Source of the DNA: Deltaproteobacteria bacterium
Lineage (GTDB): Bacteria; Myxococcota_A; UBA9160; SMWR01
Direction: 5' to 3'
Assembly (NCBI GenBank): GCA_032128115.1
Contig: JAQBHB010000066.1
Location: 1 to 40,013, forward strand
Length of the DNA: 40,013 nt
The position numbers and the translations under genes are program-made. Of the stretch, positions 9,590-20,073 are shown piece by piece (the first letter of the stretch is position 1; each line of letters begins with the position of its first letter). A model generated the notes under the pieces. That model saw nothing but the letters and a program-made list of their open reading frames with translations. It was not told where the DNA came from and searched no databases.

Positions 9590-11160
9590 CTTCCCCCGGT
9601 CTGGCTCGCGGAAGTCCACGTCTTCTCGACCAGCCGATGCTTCTGGATTTTTCCGGTTTCGGTGCGGGGCAGGGTCTCCAGGAACTCGAATCGCGCCGGG
9701 AGCTTGAAATCCGCCAGGCGCTGGCCGCCCCAGGCGCGGAGCGACTCGGCGTCGACAACCTGACCGGGAATCAACACCGCGTAGGCGCAGCCCACCTCTC
9801 CCCACTTCGGGTCGGGAACGCCCACCACGGCGATCTCGCGGATGGCCGGGTGCTCGGCATAAGCCGCCTCGATCTCCGCTGGATACACGTTCTCGCCGCC
9901 GGGGATGTACATCTCTCGGGCGCGGCCCACGAGTGTCACGAACCCCTCGTCGTCCACGCGCGCCAGGTCCCCGGTGCGGAGCCATTCGCCGCGCAGGGTC
10001 TCGGCGCTGGCGGCCGGGTCGTTCCAGTAGCCGAGCATCGTGATGGGGCCGCGCACCACGATCTCGCCGGTCTCGCCCACCGACGTCGGCCGCCATTGGT
10101 CGGGTTCGTCGCCAAGGGAGTCGCGGGCCACCACCCGAACCTCGCCGTGGAAGACCGGGCGCCCCACGCTGCCCGCCTTGCGCACCGCATCGCGGGCCTC
10201 GAGGCAGCAGAGGATCGAGGTTTCCGTCTGACCAAAGCCCTGCTTCAGGACCAGGCCGCGCGCTTCGTAGGCGCGGACCAGTTCGACGGGAACGGCCGAG
10301 CCGGCGGTGAACAGGAAACGAAGGCGAGACAGATCGAAGCGATCCGGCGGCGACGCTTCGAGCACGTCGAGCAGGGCGCGGAACTGGGTGGGCACGCCCC
10401 CGAAGAACTGGATGTGTTCGCGAGTCACCGTCTCCCAGACCGCCGCCGGGTCGAATCGGGACTCCAGGAAGACCGTGCCGCCCGTGTAAAGAGTGGGAAC
10501 CGTCAAAATCAGCAGACCGAAGGAGTGGAACAGGGGCAGGGCCACGAGCACCCGATCGCTCGCGCGAAGCTCGAAGAAGAGCTGGGCATTCAGGCTGTTG
10601 TAGAGCGTCTTGCGGTGGGGGAGGAGTGCGCCCCTGGGGCTGCCCGTGGTTCCCGACGTGTACATCATCAACATGGGATCATCGGGCGTCACGGCCTCGA
10701 TCGCGTCCCGGGGCGAGACCTGCGCGAGTCGCGCCTCGTAGGCGTCCGGTTCGCCGCCGCAGGCGATGCGCTCCGGAGGCGGGGTTCCCGCGCCTTTGCA
10801 CGCGGCCTCGGCGATCTCGGCCAGACGCGCCTCGTGCAGCAACACCCGCGGCGTGCAGTCGCCAAGGCAGCGCCGGATCTCGGGCGCGGTCAGACGCGCG
10901 TTCAGGGGGACGGCGATGGCGCCCAGCCGGGCGGCGGCGAAGATGGCGTCCACGGCGGCTGGCCGATTGCCCAGCAGCAGCGCCACCCGGTCGCCGCGGC
11001 GGACCCCTGCGTCCTCGAGTAGCGACGCACAGCGGGCACTTCGGTCGTCGAGCTCGCGGTAGGGCAGCCTGCGGCCCGCGTGCACCAGCGCCGGATGATC
11101 CCCGTCGGTCTGGGCCCGCCAGGCCAGCCAGCGGCCCACGTTGTGGAGGGGCGATCGCAT
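9586..11160 (-). CDS. Acyl-CoA synthetase (AMP-forming, FadD/MenE-like)
   Basis: YTSGTTGSPRG, QGFGQTE, WLRTGDL, GGENVYPAEIE and LPRTETGKI motifs. ATG 11160 avoids overlap with the divergent gene. Confidence 0.93.
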   Translation of the reverse strand: MRSPLHNVGRWLAWRAQTDGDHPALVHAGRRLPYRELDDRSARCASLLEDAGVRRGDRVALLLGNRPAAVDAIFAAARLGAIAVPLNARLTAPEIRRCLGDCTPRVLLHEARLAEIAEAACKGAGTPPPERIACGGEPDAYEARLAQVSPRDAIEAVTPDDPMLMMYTSGTTGSPRGALLPHRKTLYNSLNAQLFFELRASDRVLVALPLFHSFGLLILTVPTLYTGGTVFLESRFDPAAVWETVTREHIQFFGGVPTQFRALLDVLEASPPDRFDLSRLRFLFTAGSAVPVELVRAYEARGLVLKQGFGQTETSILCCLEARDAVRKAGSVGRPVFHGEVRVVARDSLGDEPDQWRPTSVGETGEIVVRGPITMLGYWNDPAASAETLRGEWLRTGDLARVDDEGFVTLVGRAREMYIPGGENVYPAEIEAAYAEHPAIREIAVVGVPDPKWGEVGCAYAVLIPGQVVDAESLRAWGGQRLADFKLPARFEFLETLPRTETGKIQKHRLVEKTWTSASQTGGS

Positions 11161-11206
11161 CGGGCCTGAAATACCATAGGCGACATCCCGGCACCCGGAG
11201 GTCCGC

Positions 11207-12067
11207 GTGAATCTCAAGGGAGAGCCCGCCACGGTGGGCCGCCATTGCGGCTCCCACTGCTACCCGGTGACGCCCGAAGGGGTGGCGTTCTACGCCGATG
11301 CCCTGGGCGATCCCAGCCCGCTCTACGCCGCGGCGGCGCCGCCGCTGCTGCACCACTCCGAGTGCTTCAAGTTCCTGGGAGAGTGGTATCTGAAGAACCT
11401 GTTCGGGAATCTGCACGCCCAGCAGGACTGGCAGCTGTTCGCGCCAATCCCCATCGGCGGCAGCGTTCGGACCCGATCCACCATCGTGGATCGCTACGCC
11501 AAGCGCGGCCGCGACTACGTGGTGAATGAGACGGATCTGGTCGACGCCGAGGACGGGCGCCTGCTGGTCCGCGGTCGGACCCACCAGTCGTTCCTGCCCC
11601 CGCGCGAAAACCAGGAGAAGACGGGGTTCGTGGTGGACGAGTCGACGGCCAGGAAGAAGCAGGCGCGCCCGCCGTTTCCCACTGCCACCGGCCCCGACCT
11701 GGCGCCGGTGAAGAAGACCGTCGACCAGCGGCGCTGCTGGATGTTCTCGGGGCCCGGCGCCAACTACCACAACGATCGCGAGCAGGCCGTGAAACTCGGA
11801 TTTCCCAACATCGTGGTGCAGGGGATGATGACCACGTGCTTCGTCTCGCAACTCATGCAGGACCACTTCGGCATGGGCTGGATCGCCGGCGGTCGCATGT
11901 CGGTCAAGCTCACCAACGTGCTGTGGGTCGACGAGTCGGTCACCGCGTTCGGCAAGATCCGGGAAGAGCGGCCCGAGGGAGCGCTCACCCGGCTGTTCTG
12001 CGACGTCTGGGTCGACAAGGACGACGGTACCCGGGTCCTGCTTGGCGAGGCGAGTGCCGTCCAGTGA
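11207..12067 (+). CDS. Double hot-dog MaoC-like dehydratase
   Basis: Two hot-dog domains (YADALGDPSP..LHAQQ; NYHND..A.KLGFPNIVVQGM). GGAGG SD. Confidence 0.8.
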   Translation: MNLKGEPATVGRHCGSHCYPVTPEGVAFYADALGDPSPLYAAAAPPLLHHSECFKFLGEWYLKNLFGNLHAQQDWQLFAPIPIGGSVRTRSTIVDRYAKRGRDYVVNETDLVDAEDGRLLVRGRTHQSFLPPRENQEKTGFVVDESTARKKQARPPFPTATGPDLAPVKKTVDQRRCWMFSGPGANYHNDREQAVKLGFPNIVVQGMMTTCFVSQLMQDHFGMGWIAGGRMSVKLTNVLWVDESVTAFGKIREERPEGALTRLFCDVWVDKDDGTRVLLGEASAVQ

Positions 12068-12114
12068 CGCGACCCGGGTGGCGAGGCGAGTGCCGTCCAG
12101 TGAGGTGACCTGGG
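12043..12114 (+). repeat. Tandem duplication with 36-bp period and identical 25-bp core, spanning the MaoC-like stop codon
   Basis: TGGCGAGGCGAGTGCCGTCCAGTGA at 12043-12067 and 12079-12103. GACCCGGG at 12071 is echoed by GACCTGGG at 12107. Confidence 0.9.
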
Positions 12115-13080
12115 CTACTCGCCGCTGCCCGCCGCCTTGGCCACCTGATCGCTCTTCACCTTGCCCGCATCGAATTTCGCCGCCTTCTCCTGCATCTGGT
12201 CCAGCAGCGCGTCCGCATCCGGTGCGGGCTGGCCGCGGGGCCGGAAGGGTCGGATCCGCGACACGACGAAGTTCCGAAGGTAGGGGCTGTCGAAGCCGCG
12301 CTCTTTGAGTGCCGCCATGATCTCGGCCACACGTTCGTCGAGGGTCAGGAGTCGGGCCGCCCGGGCGCGCCGCCGCTCCAGGGCCTGCCCGATGGGCTGG
12401 TCGAGAAATTCGTCGCTCTGCTTCAGCGCCGAGGCGTAGGCACCGCCCGCGAAGCTCTTCTTCTCCTGGTAGGCGCAACCCAGGGTCACCAGCGAGCCGT
12501 CTTCGAGCTCGAGGGCGAACTCGCTCTCCTTGCGTGTGGCGTCCAGTTCCGCGAGCCCGTCTGCCATGCGCACTGCCTCGAGCGCCCGCTCCTTGGTGTT
12601 GTGGGCCTTCTCGGTGTTGAGGGCCAGGATGCGGTAGGCGAGTTGGGGGTCGGGAGACACCAGTGCCGTGACGGTGCGGGCGCCCATGCGCTTCAGGGCG
12701 CTCAGGCGGTGCAGGCCGTTGGGCGTCCAGAAACGGACCGGCTCGTGCGTACCCTCGGGCGCGGATACCGCCACGATGGGATCCAGGAAGATCCCCACGC
12801 GCGCGATCACGTCCTCGAGGCGCTTCACGTGGGCGTCGGAGAGGTCGCGTTGGAACGGTGTGGGCGCGACGCGCTCCACCGGGAGCGCGGCCAACACCAG
12901 CCAGCTGCCACCCAGGGGCTCGCGGTAGATCGAGAGCACCCGACCGTCCGCGCGGGTGATGGCCTGCTCGAGATCGTCCACCTCGCCCGGGGCCGGGGAT
13001 GCCGTGACCTCCGCCGCGGAGAGCCCTCGGGAGGCGGGCTCCGTCTTCTTGCGCCGGGTTGTCGTCTTGCCTGCCGCCAT
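12115..13080 (-). CDS. ParB/Srx N-terminal-domain protein (orphan)
   Basis: PTPFQRDLS..H..RL...I...G.FLDPI, then NGLHRL.A and LNTE. ATG lies 2 nt after the aminotransferase stop. The ORF-track extension to 14544 is spurious. Confidence 0.8.
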   Translation of the reverse strand: MAAGKTTTRRKKTEPASRGLSAAEVTASPAPGEVDDLEQAITRADGRVLSIYREPLGGSWLVLAALPVERVAPTPFQRDLSDAHVKRLEDVIARVGIFLDPIVAVSAPEGTHEPVRFWTPNGLHRLSALKRMGARTVTALVSPDPQLAYRILALNTEKAHNTKERALEAVRMADGLAELDATRKESEFALELEDGSLVTLGCAYQEKKSFAGGAYASALKQSDEFLDQPIGQALERRRARAARLLTLDERVAEIMAALKERGFDSPYLRNFVVSRIRPFRPRGQPAPDADALLDQMQEKAAKFDAGKVKSDQVAKAAGSGE

Positions 13081-13082
13081 GC

Positions 13083-14468
13083 CTAGGCCCCCGTCCGTGC
13101 CCGACGCTCGGCCTCCGGCCAGACGTCCTCCAGGATCGCCAGCATGCGGTCGATGTCGGCCGGCGTGGCGCACAGGGGAGGCGCCAGCGCGATGCACTGG
13201 AACATCGCGCGTGCGATCAGGCCCCGATCCTGGGCCGCGTGGGAGATCCAGCCGGCGTCGGCCAGGTTCGGGAAGGGCTCCCGGGTCTCCCGGTCGCGCA
13301 CCACCTCCACCGCTGCCAGCATGCCCAGGCCACGGATCTCGCCGGCAATGGGCGAGTCGCCGAACGACTTCTGCAAGCGCTCCAGCAAGTAGGCCCCGGT
13401 CTGGCGGGCGTTGTCTACCAGACCTTCGCGCTCGATGATTTCCAGGTTGGCCAGTGCGGCGGCACAGCAGGCCGGATGATTGTTGTAGGTGAGACCGAAC
13501 ATGACGGGCAGGCCTTTGGGCATCTGGTCGCGCAGGGTCTCGTAGACGCGGTCCGAGAGCACCGAGGCGGACAGCGGCAGATATCCGGACGTGATGCCCT
13601 TGGCCAGCGACACCAGATCCGGATGGATATTCCAGTGCTCCATTCCGAACCAGCGGCCGGTGCGCCCGAAGCCGGTGATCACCTCGTCCAGGATCAAGAG
13701 CACATCGTGGCGCTTGCAGATCTCGGCCACGGCTTCGAAGTAGTCCGGGGGCGGAACCAGGATGCCGCCGGTCCCCATCACCGGTTCCACCAGGAAGGCG
13801 GCTACCCGGTTGGCGCCTTCGCGGGCCAGGGTCTGCTCCAGGTCGTCGGCACACGGCAGGCCGCAGCCCGGGTGGGTCTTGCCGAATTCGCAGCGGTAGC
13901 AGTAGGGAGGCGCCACGTGAACGTGGGTCGGGTCGCGCTCCTCCAGGATGTGATAGGCGTCGATGCCGGTGGCGCTCCCGGCAGCGCGGGTGGCGCCGTG
14001 GTAGCCCCAGCGTCGCGATAGGATGAGCGTCTTTCCGGGATGCCCGCGCACCGCGTGGTACAGGCGCGCCAGTCGGATGTTGGTCTCGTTGGCTTCGCTG
14101 CCACTGGTGCCGAACAGCACGTGTCGAAGGCCGCGGTCGGCGGGCAGCAGCCCCACCAGCTTCTCGGCCAGGCGCGCGGCGGGCACGTTGCCGAAGTCCC
14201 AGAACGAAGGGTAGTAGGCCAGTTCGCGCATCTGGGCCGCCACCGCATCGGCGATCTCGGTGCGACCGTGACCCACGTTGATGTTGAACAGACCCGAGAA
14301 GCCGTCGATCAGGGTGCGGCCATCTCCGAGCGTGAGTTCGACGCCCGAGCCACCCGTGAAGATCTGCGCCCCGCGCGTTTCGTGCTTGCGGAGCTCGTTG
14401 ATGGGATGGATCACATGCGCCCGGTCGAGCGCCTGGATTTCCTCGAGATCCGGGATCGGATCGGCCAT
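13083..14468 (-). CDS. Class III PLP aminotransferase (omega-amino acid/putrescine type)
   Basis: SGSEANE, GYHG, EPVMGTGG, DEVITGFGRTG and AKGITSGY (PLP lysine). Confidence 0.93.
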   Translation of the reverse strand: MADPIPDLEEIQALDRAHVIHPINELRKHETRGAQIFTGGSGVELTLGDGRTLIDGFSGLFNINVGHGRTEIADAVAAQMRELAYYPSFWDFGNVPAARLAEKLVGLLPADRGLRHVLFGTSGSEANETNIRLARLYHAVRGHPGKTLILSRRWGYHGATRAAGSATGIDAYHILEERDPTHVHVAPPYCYRCEFGKTHPGCGLPCADDLEQTLAREGANRVAAFLVEPVMGTGGILVPPPDYFEAVAEICKRHDVLLILDEVITGFGRTGRWFGMEHWNIHPDLVSLAKGITSGYLPLSASVLSDRVYETLRDQMPKGLPVMFGLTYNNHPACCAAALANLEIIEREGLVDNARQTGAYLLERLQKSFGDSPIAGEIRGLGMLAAVEVVRDRETREPFPNLADAGWISHAAQDRGLIARAMFQCIALAPPLCATPADIDRMLAILEDVWPEAERRARTGA

Positions 14469-14542
14469 GGTTCCCTCCGCCGGAGCCGCCGTATCTGGGG
14501 GCCGCGGCCTGCGAGCCCCTCAGCATATAAGATTCGGGGACC

Positions 14543-15583
14543 ATGCTGGATCGAGACCTGCAGCGGGCGGTGGCGCGGCTTGGCCTTTCCGGGTCCCGGG
14601 TGCTGGTGGCGGTCTCCGGGGGGATCGACTCCAGCGTATTGCTGCACGGGCTCTCGCGGCTGGCACCGCGCTTCGGTCTCTCGCTGGCGGTGGGCCACGT
14701 GAACCACGGTCTGCGGGGAGACGAATCGGAGGCGGATGAGGCGGCCGTGCGCGAGCTGGCCGCGGAGCGGGGCCTGCCGGTGCGGGTCGCCCGGGTCGAC
14801 CCGGCTCGCCTGCGCGTGGACGGTTCCAGCCGCCAGCGACCGACACTTCAAGAAGCCGGGCGGATGCTGCGCTACCGCGCGCTTCGGGCCCTGGCGGGGG
14901 AGCTGGGCGCCTCACGGCTGGCCACCGCCCATACCGCTGACGATCAGGCCGAAACGGTTCTGCTGCGATTGCTGCGGGGGACCGGTCCGGACGGACTGGG
15001 CGGAATCCCCGAGAGCTCCCGGGATGGCGGCCTGGTGCGGCCGCTGCTGCGGGTGTCACGCGCCGAGATCGAACGCTACGCCAACGAGCACGGCCTCTCG
15101 TGGCGTGAAGATCGCTCCAATCGGAGCGTCCAATACACGCGGAATCGGCTCCGCCTGCACTGGATTCCGGGGCTGGAGCGGGATTTCAACCCCCGGCTGC
15201 TCAGGGCATTGGGGGATCTTGCCGAAGCGCAACGCGAGGACACCGCGTGGATCGAAGCACAGGTGGAGCGGGAAGCGGCCAGCCGATTTGGCGTGGAGGG
15301 TCGCTGGCTGCGGATCGAGGCCAAAGAGTGGCGCGAGATGCCCGAGGCGTTGGGGCGGCGGCTGGCCCGCCGGGCCCTGGTCCGGGCCGGGGCGGCTCGG
15401 GATGTCAGCCGAGTCCATCTGGAGCGGATCCTCGCCTTCCTTCGCAACGGGAAGCCTCGAACCCACATCGAGCTGCCCGGAGGCCTGCGCCTGGAGAGGG
15501 ATCGGACCGGTTTCCGGTTGGGGCCGCTGCCCGCGCCCTCGGATCCGCCGGGGCCCGATCCCCGAGACCGGGTGGGGCGCTAG
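14543..15583 (+). CDS. tilS: tRNA(Ile)-lysidine synthetase (short form)
   Basis: SGGIDS PP-loop, NHGLRG, AHTADDQAET, RPLL, EDRSN and RNRLR. Upstream of ftsH. Confidence 0.95.
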   Translation: MLDRDLQRAVARLGLSGSRVLVAVSGGIDSSVLLHGLSRLAPRFGLSLAVGHVNHGLRGDESEADEAAVRELAAERGLPVRVARVDPARLRVDGSSRQRPTLQEAGRMLRYRALRALAGELGASRLATAHTADDQAETVLLRLLRGTGPDGLGGIPESSRDGGLVRPLLRVSRAEIERYANEHGLSWREDRSNRSVQYTRNRLRLHWIPGLERDFNPRLLRALGDLAEAQREDTAWIEAQVEREAASRFGVEGRWLRIEAKEWREMPEALGRRLARRALVRAGAARDVSRVHLERILAFLRNGKPRTHIELPGGLRLERDRTGFRLGPLPAPSDPPGPDPRDRVGR

Positions 15584-15588
15584 CTGCG

Positions 15589-15597
15589 TGCTAAACT
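15589..15597 (+). promoter_or_regulatory. Putative extended -10 promoter (TGcTAAACT) for ftsH
   Basis: Lone AT-rich element in the tilS-ftsH spacer. Confidence 0.45.
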
Positions 15598-15649
15598 GCC
15601 TCCACTGCGTGGGGTTTTGGCTGCGCCGCGCCGCGGTCCGGGGGACTGA

Positions 15650-17578
<1,929 letters not shown>

Positions 17579-17588
17579 GGGGTCTGCC

Positions 17589-18449
17589 GTGGCTGCGCCG
17601 CACGTCTTCCCCCCGGAACGCGTGACGATTGTCGGGGTGCTGAACTGCACCCCCGACTCCTTTTCCGATGGGGGGAGGTTCGTGCGCGGGGAGCGCAGTG
17701 TCGATGTGGATGCGTGTCTCATCGCTGCCGAGCAGCTGCTGACCGAGGGCGCTCACGTGTTGGACGTGGGCGGTGAGTCCACGCGGCCGGGAGCGCGTGA
17801 GCTTCCCGAAGCCGAGGAGCGCGCCCGGGTCGTTCCGGTGATCGAGGCCCTGACCAAGCGCTTCGACGCTCCCGTCTCGGTCGATACCCGCAAGGCCGAC
17901 GTGGCCGAGGCGGCTCTGGCGGCCGGCGCCACCATCGTGAACGACATCTCGGGCCTCCGATTCGATCCGGCGCTTGCCGTCGTTACCGCGGCTGCCCGGG
18001 CGAGCCTGATCGTGGGGCACCTGCGCGGCACTCCCCAGACCATGCAGCGCGATCCCCACTTCGACGATGTGCTCGAAGAGGTGGCCAGCGAACTCGAGAA
18101 CTCGCTGGCGCGCGCCCGCGAAGCTGGCATTCCCGATCACCGATTGGCCGCCGATCCGGGCATCGGTTTCGGCAAGGATCTCGCGGCCAACCTGGAGCTG
18201 CTGGCCCACGCGGGCTGGCTGCGACGGCGCCTGGGGGTGCCGCTGCTGCTGGGACCCTCCCGCAAGTCGTTCCTCGGCGCCTTGACGGGTGATCCGGTGG
18301 AGGCGCGAGACGAGGCCACCTGGGCGGCGTGCGCGGTGGCCGCCTTCCTCGGCGCCGACGCCGTGCGGGTCCACGCGCCGCGGGGAGCCGCACGGGCCGT
18401 GGCAGTGGGGCGGGCACTGCGCGATGCGCGGCGGGAGGGCCTGGCGTGA
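17589..18449 (+). CDS. folP: Dihydropteroate synthase
   Basis: LNCTPDSFSDGG, GGESTRPG, DPGIGFGK, SRKSF and RVH. Confidence 0.97.
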   Translation: MAAPHVFPPERVTIVGVLNCTPDSFSDGGRFVRGERSVDVDACLIAAEQLLTEGAHVLDVGGESTRPGARELPEAEERARVVPVIEALTKRFDAPVSVDTRKADVAEAALAAGATIVNDISGLRFDPALAVVTAAARASLIVGHLRGTPQTMQRDPHFDDVLEEVASELENSLARAREAGIPDHRLAADPGIGFGKDLAANLELLAHAGWLRRRLGVPLLLGPSRKSFLGALTGDPVEARDEATWAACAVAAFLGADAVRVHAPRGAARAVAVGRALRDARREGLA

Positions 18450-19354
18450 TCGAGGCTCTCTGGCAGCTCCTGGCGGGCGTCTGGGAGTACCTGGGCTCCA
18501 ACTTCGACCCGTTCCGCGACACCGTAGACATCCTGCTGGTTGCCGGCGGGATCTACTGGCTGCTGCTCCTGATCCGCGGCACGCGTGCCGTCCAGATCCT
18601 GGTGGGGCTCACGGTGCTGTTCGCGGCGAACCTGGCCAGCCAGATCTTCCAGCTCGTGACCCTGCGCAGCATTCTCGAGAATTTCCTGGGTTCGGCCGTG
18701 ATCATCATCGTGATCATCTTCCAACACGACATCCGGCGAGCGCTGGCCCGCGTGGGCCGCGGCATCTTCACCGCGGTGACGGCGCACGAGGAATCCCAGA
18801 TCGTCGAGGAGGTGGTGCGGGCGGCCCAGATCCTGGCCAAGCGTCGATTGGGGGCCCTGATCGTGCTCGAGCGCGAGAGCAGCCTGGTAGACCAGATCGA
18901 GGCGGGCATGGCCGTGGACGCCGCGGTCTCCAAGGAGCTGCTCACCTCCCTGTTCCTGCCCCAGTCGCCCCTGCACGACGGCGCGGTGGTGATCCAGGGC
19001 GGTCGCATCGCCTACGCGGGCTGCATCCTGCCCCTGACCCTGCGCGCGGACCTTCCGGAAGGCCTCGGCACCCGCCACCGCGCGGGACTCGGACTCACCG
19101 AGGAGACCGACGCGGTGGTGGTGGTGGTGTCGGAAGAGACGGCTTCGATCTCGGTGGTGATGAGCGGCGAGATCGTGAGTGGTCTGGACACGCCTCGCCT
19201 GAGGGTAGTGCTCCGCGACATTCTCTCCGGTGACCGGCGCGAGCTGCCCGGATCTTCCGAAATCCTGCGCGGCATCGAGGGGGGCGAAGAATCCGCCGAG
19301 CCCAAGGGGTTGGCCGACGACGCGGCGCCGGCTCCGGCGCGGTCGGCGGGGTAG
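18446..19354 (+). CDS. cdaA: Membrane diadenylate cyclase CdaA/DacA
   Basis: Three N-terminal TMs, LHDGAV, GTRHRA and VSEETA. GTGA overlap with folP. Confidence 0.96.
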   Translation: MIEALWQLLAGVWEYLGSNFDPFRDTVDILLVAGGIYWLLLLIRGTRAVQILVGLTVLFAANLASQIFQLVTLRSILENFLGSAVIIIVIIFQHDIRRALARVGRGIFTAVTAHEESQIVEEVVRAAQILAKRRLGALIVLERESSLVDQIEAGMAVDAAVSKELLTSLFLPQSPLHDGAVVIQGGRIAYAGCILPLTLRADLPEGLGTRHRAGLGLTEETDAVVVVVSEETASISVVMSGEIVSGLDTPRLRVVLRDILSGDRRELPGSSEILRGIEGGEESAEPKGLADDAAPAPARSAG

Positions 19355-19359
19355 GCAGC

Positions 19360-20073
19360 GTGGCGCGGCGACGCGGATTCAGTGTCAGCCTGGCGGTCCT
19401 GGCGCTCAGCGTGTCCCTGGTGCTCTGGACCATGGCGCACGGCGCCTCGGACAAGGAGCAGGGCTTCGATATTCCGGTGGCTTTCCACGGCATCTCGGAC
19501 AAGATCGTGATTACCGACCAGAACGCCGACGAGATCAATGTGCGCGTCCTGGGCGGGCGCACTGCGCTGCGCCGCATCAAGGTCTCGGACCTGGAATACT
19601 CGGTGCAGGTGGAGGGCGGCAAGCCCGGACCTGCCGTCTACGAGGTGGATGCCTCGCGGATCGAGGCCCAGCTGCCCGGGGGCACCCGGATCGTCAGCCG
19701 CTCACCCTCCCAGATCTCGGTGCAATTCGAGCGGCGGGGGCGAAAGTCGGTGCGCATACGTGCCGATCTCGAAGGGGAGCCTGCGGAGGGTTACCAGGTG
19801 ACCGGAATCGAGGTCGAGCCGCCCCGGGTCTGGCTGGTGGGAGCCCGCAGCGCGGTGCTGCGGCTTTCCGAGGTCGTGACGGAGACCATCGAGATCGGTG
19901 GCATCGCCGCATCGGCGGAGCGCCAGGTGAAGCTCTCGTTCGGCGACAGCCACGTATGGAGAGAGGACAGCAATCCGGTCACCCTGAAGATCGCGGTGGA
20001 GCCCCGGGAACCGAAACCGGACGCGGCGGTCAAGCCGAACGCCGAGGCGCCGATGAGGGCGAAGCCGGGATGA
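19360..20073 (+). CDS. cdaR: CdaR/YbbR-domain regulator of CdaA
   Basis: One TM (SLVLW) plus two YbbR-like repeats (GEPAEGY.V..IEVEP..V.LVG). Lies between cdaA and glmM. Confidence 0.9.
   Translation: MARRRGFSVSLAVLALSVSLVLWTMAHGASDKEQGFDIPVAFHGISDKIVITDQNADEINVRVLGGRTALRRIKVSDLEYSVQVEGGKPGPAVYEVDASRIEAQLPGGTRIVSRSPSQISVQFERRGRKSVRIRADLEGEPAEGYQVTGIEVEPPRVWLVGARSAVLRLSEVVTETIEIGGIAASAERQVKLSFGDSHVWREDSNPVTLKIAVEPREPKPDAAVKPNAEAPMRAKPG

Noticed and set aside
12043..12103. 25-bp direct repeat as a mini-CRISPR
   Set aside because: Only two copies, an 11-bp spacer, one copy is coding sequence, and no cas genes are present.
12115..14544. 809-aa ORF as a ParB fusion (likewise 33793-36492, 26975-28927, 27733-30024, 19230-21437)
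   Set aside because: The N-terminal extensions are Arg/Pro/Gly-rich off-frame readings of the upstream gene. The real starts abut or overlap the upstream stops.
15584..15649. Missing hpt between tilS and ftsH
   Set aside because: Direct tilS-ftsH adjacency is common and no remnant is visible.
17589..18449. FolP RVHAP instead of RVHDV as a third pseudoenzyme
   Set aside because: The key Asn, Asp, Lys, Arg and His residues are retained; this is a single peripheral change.
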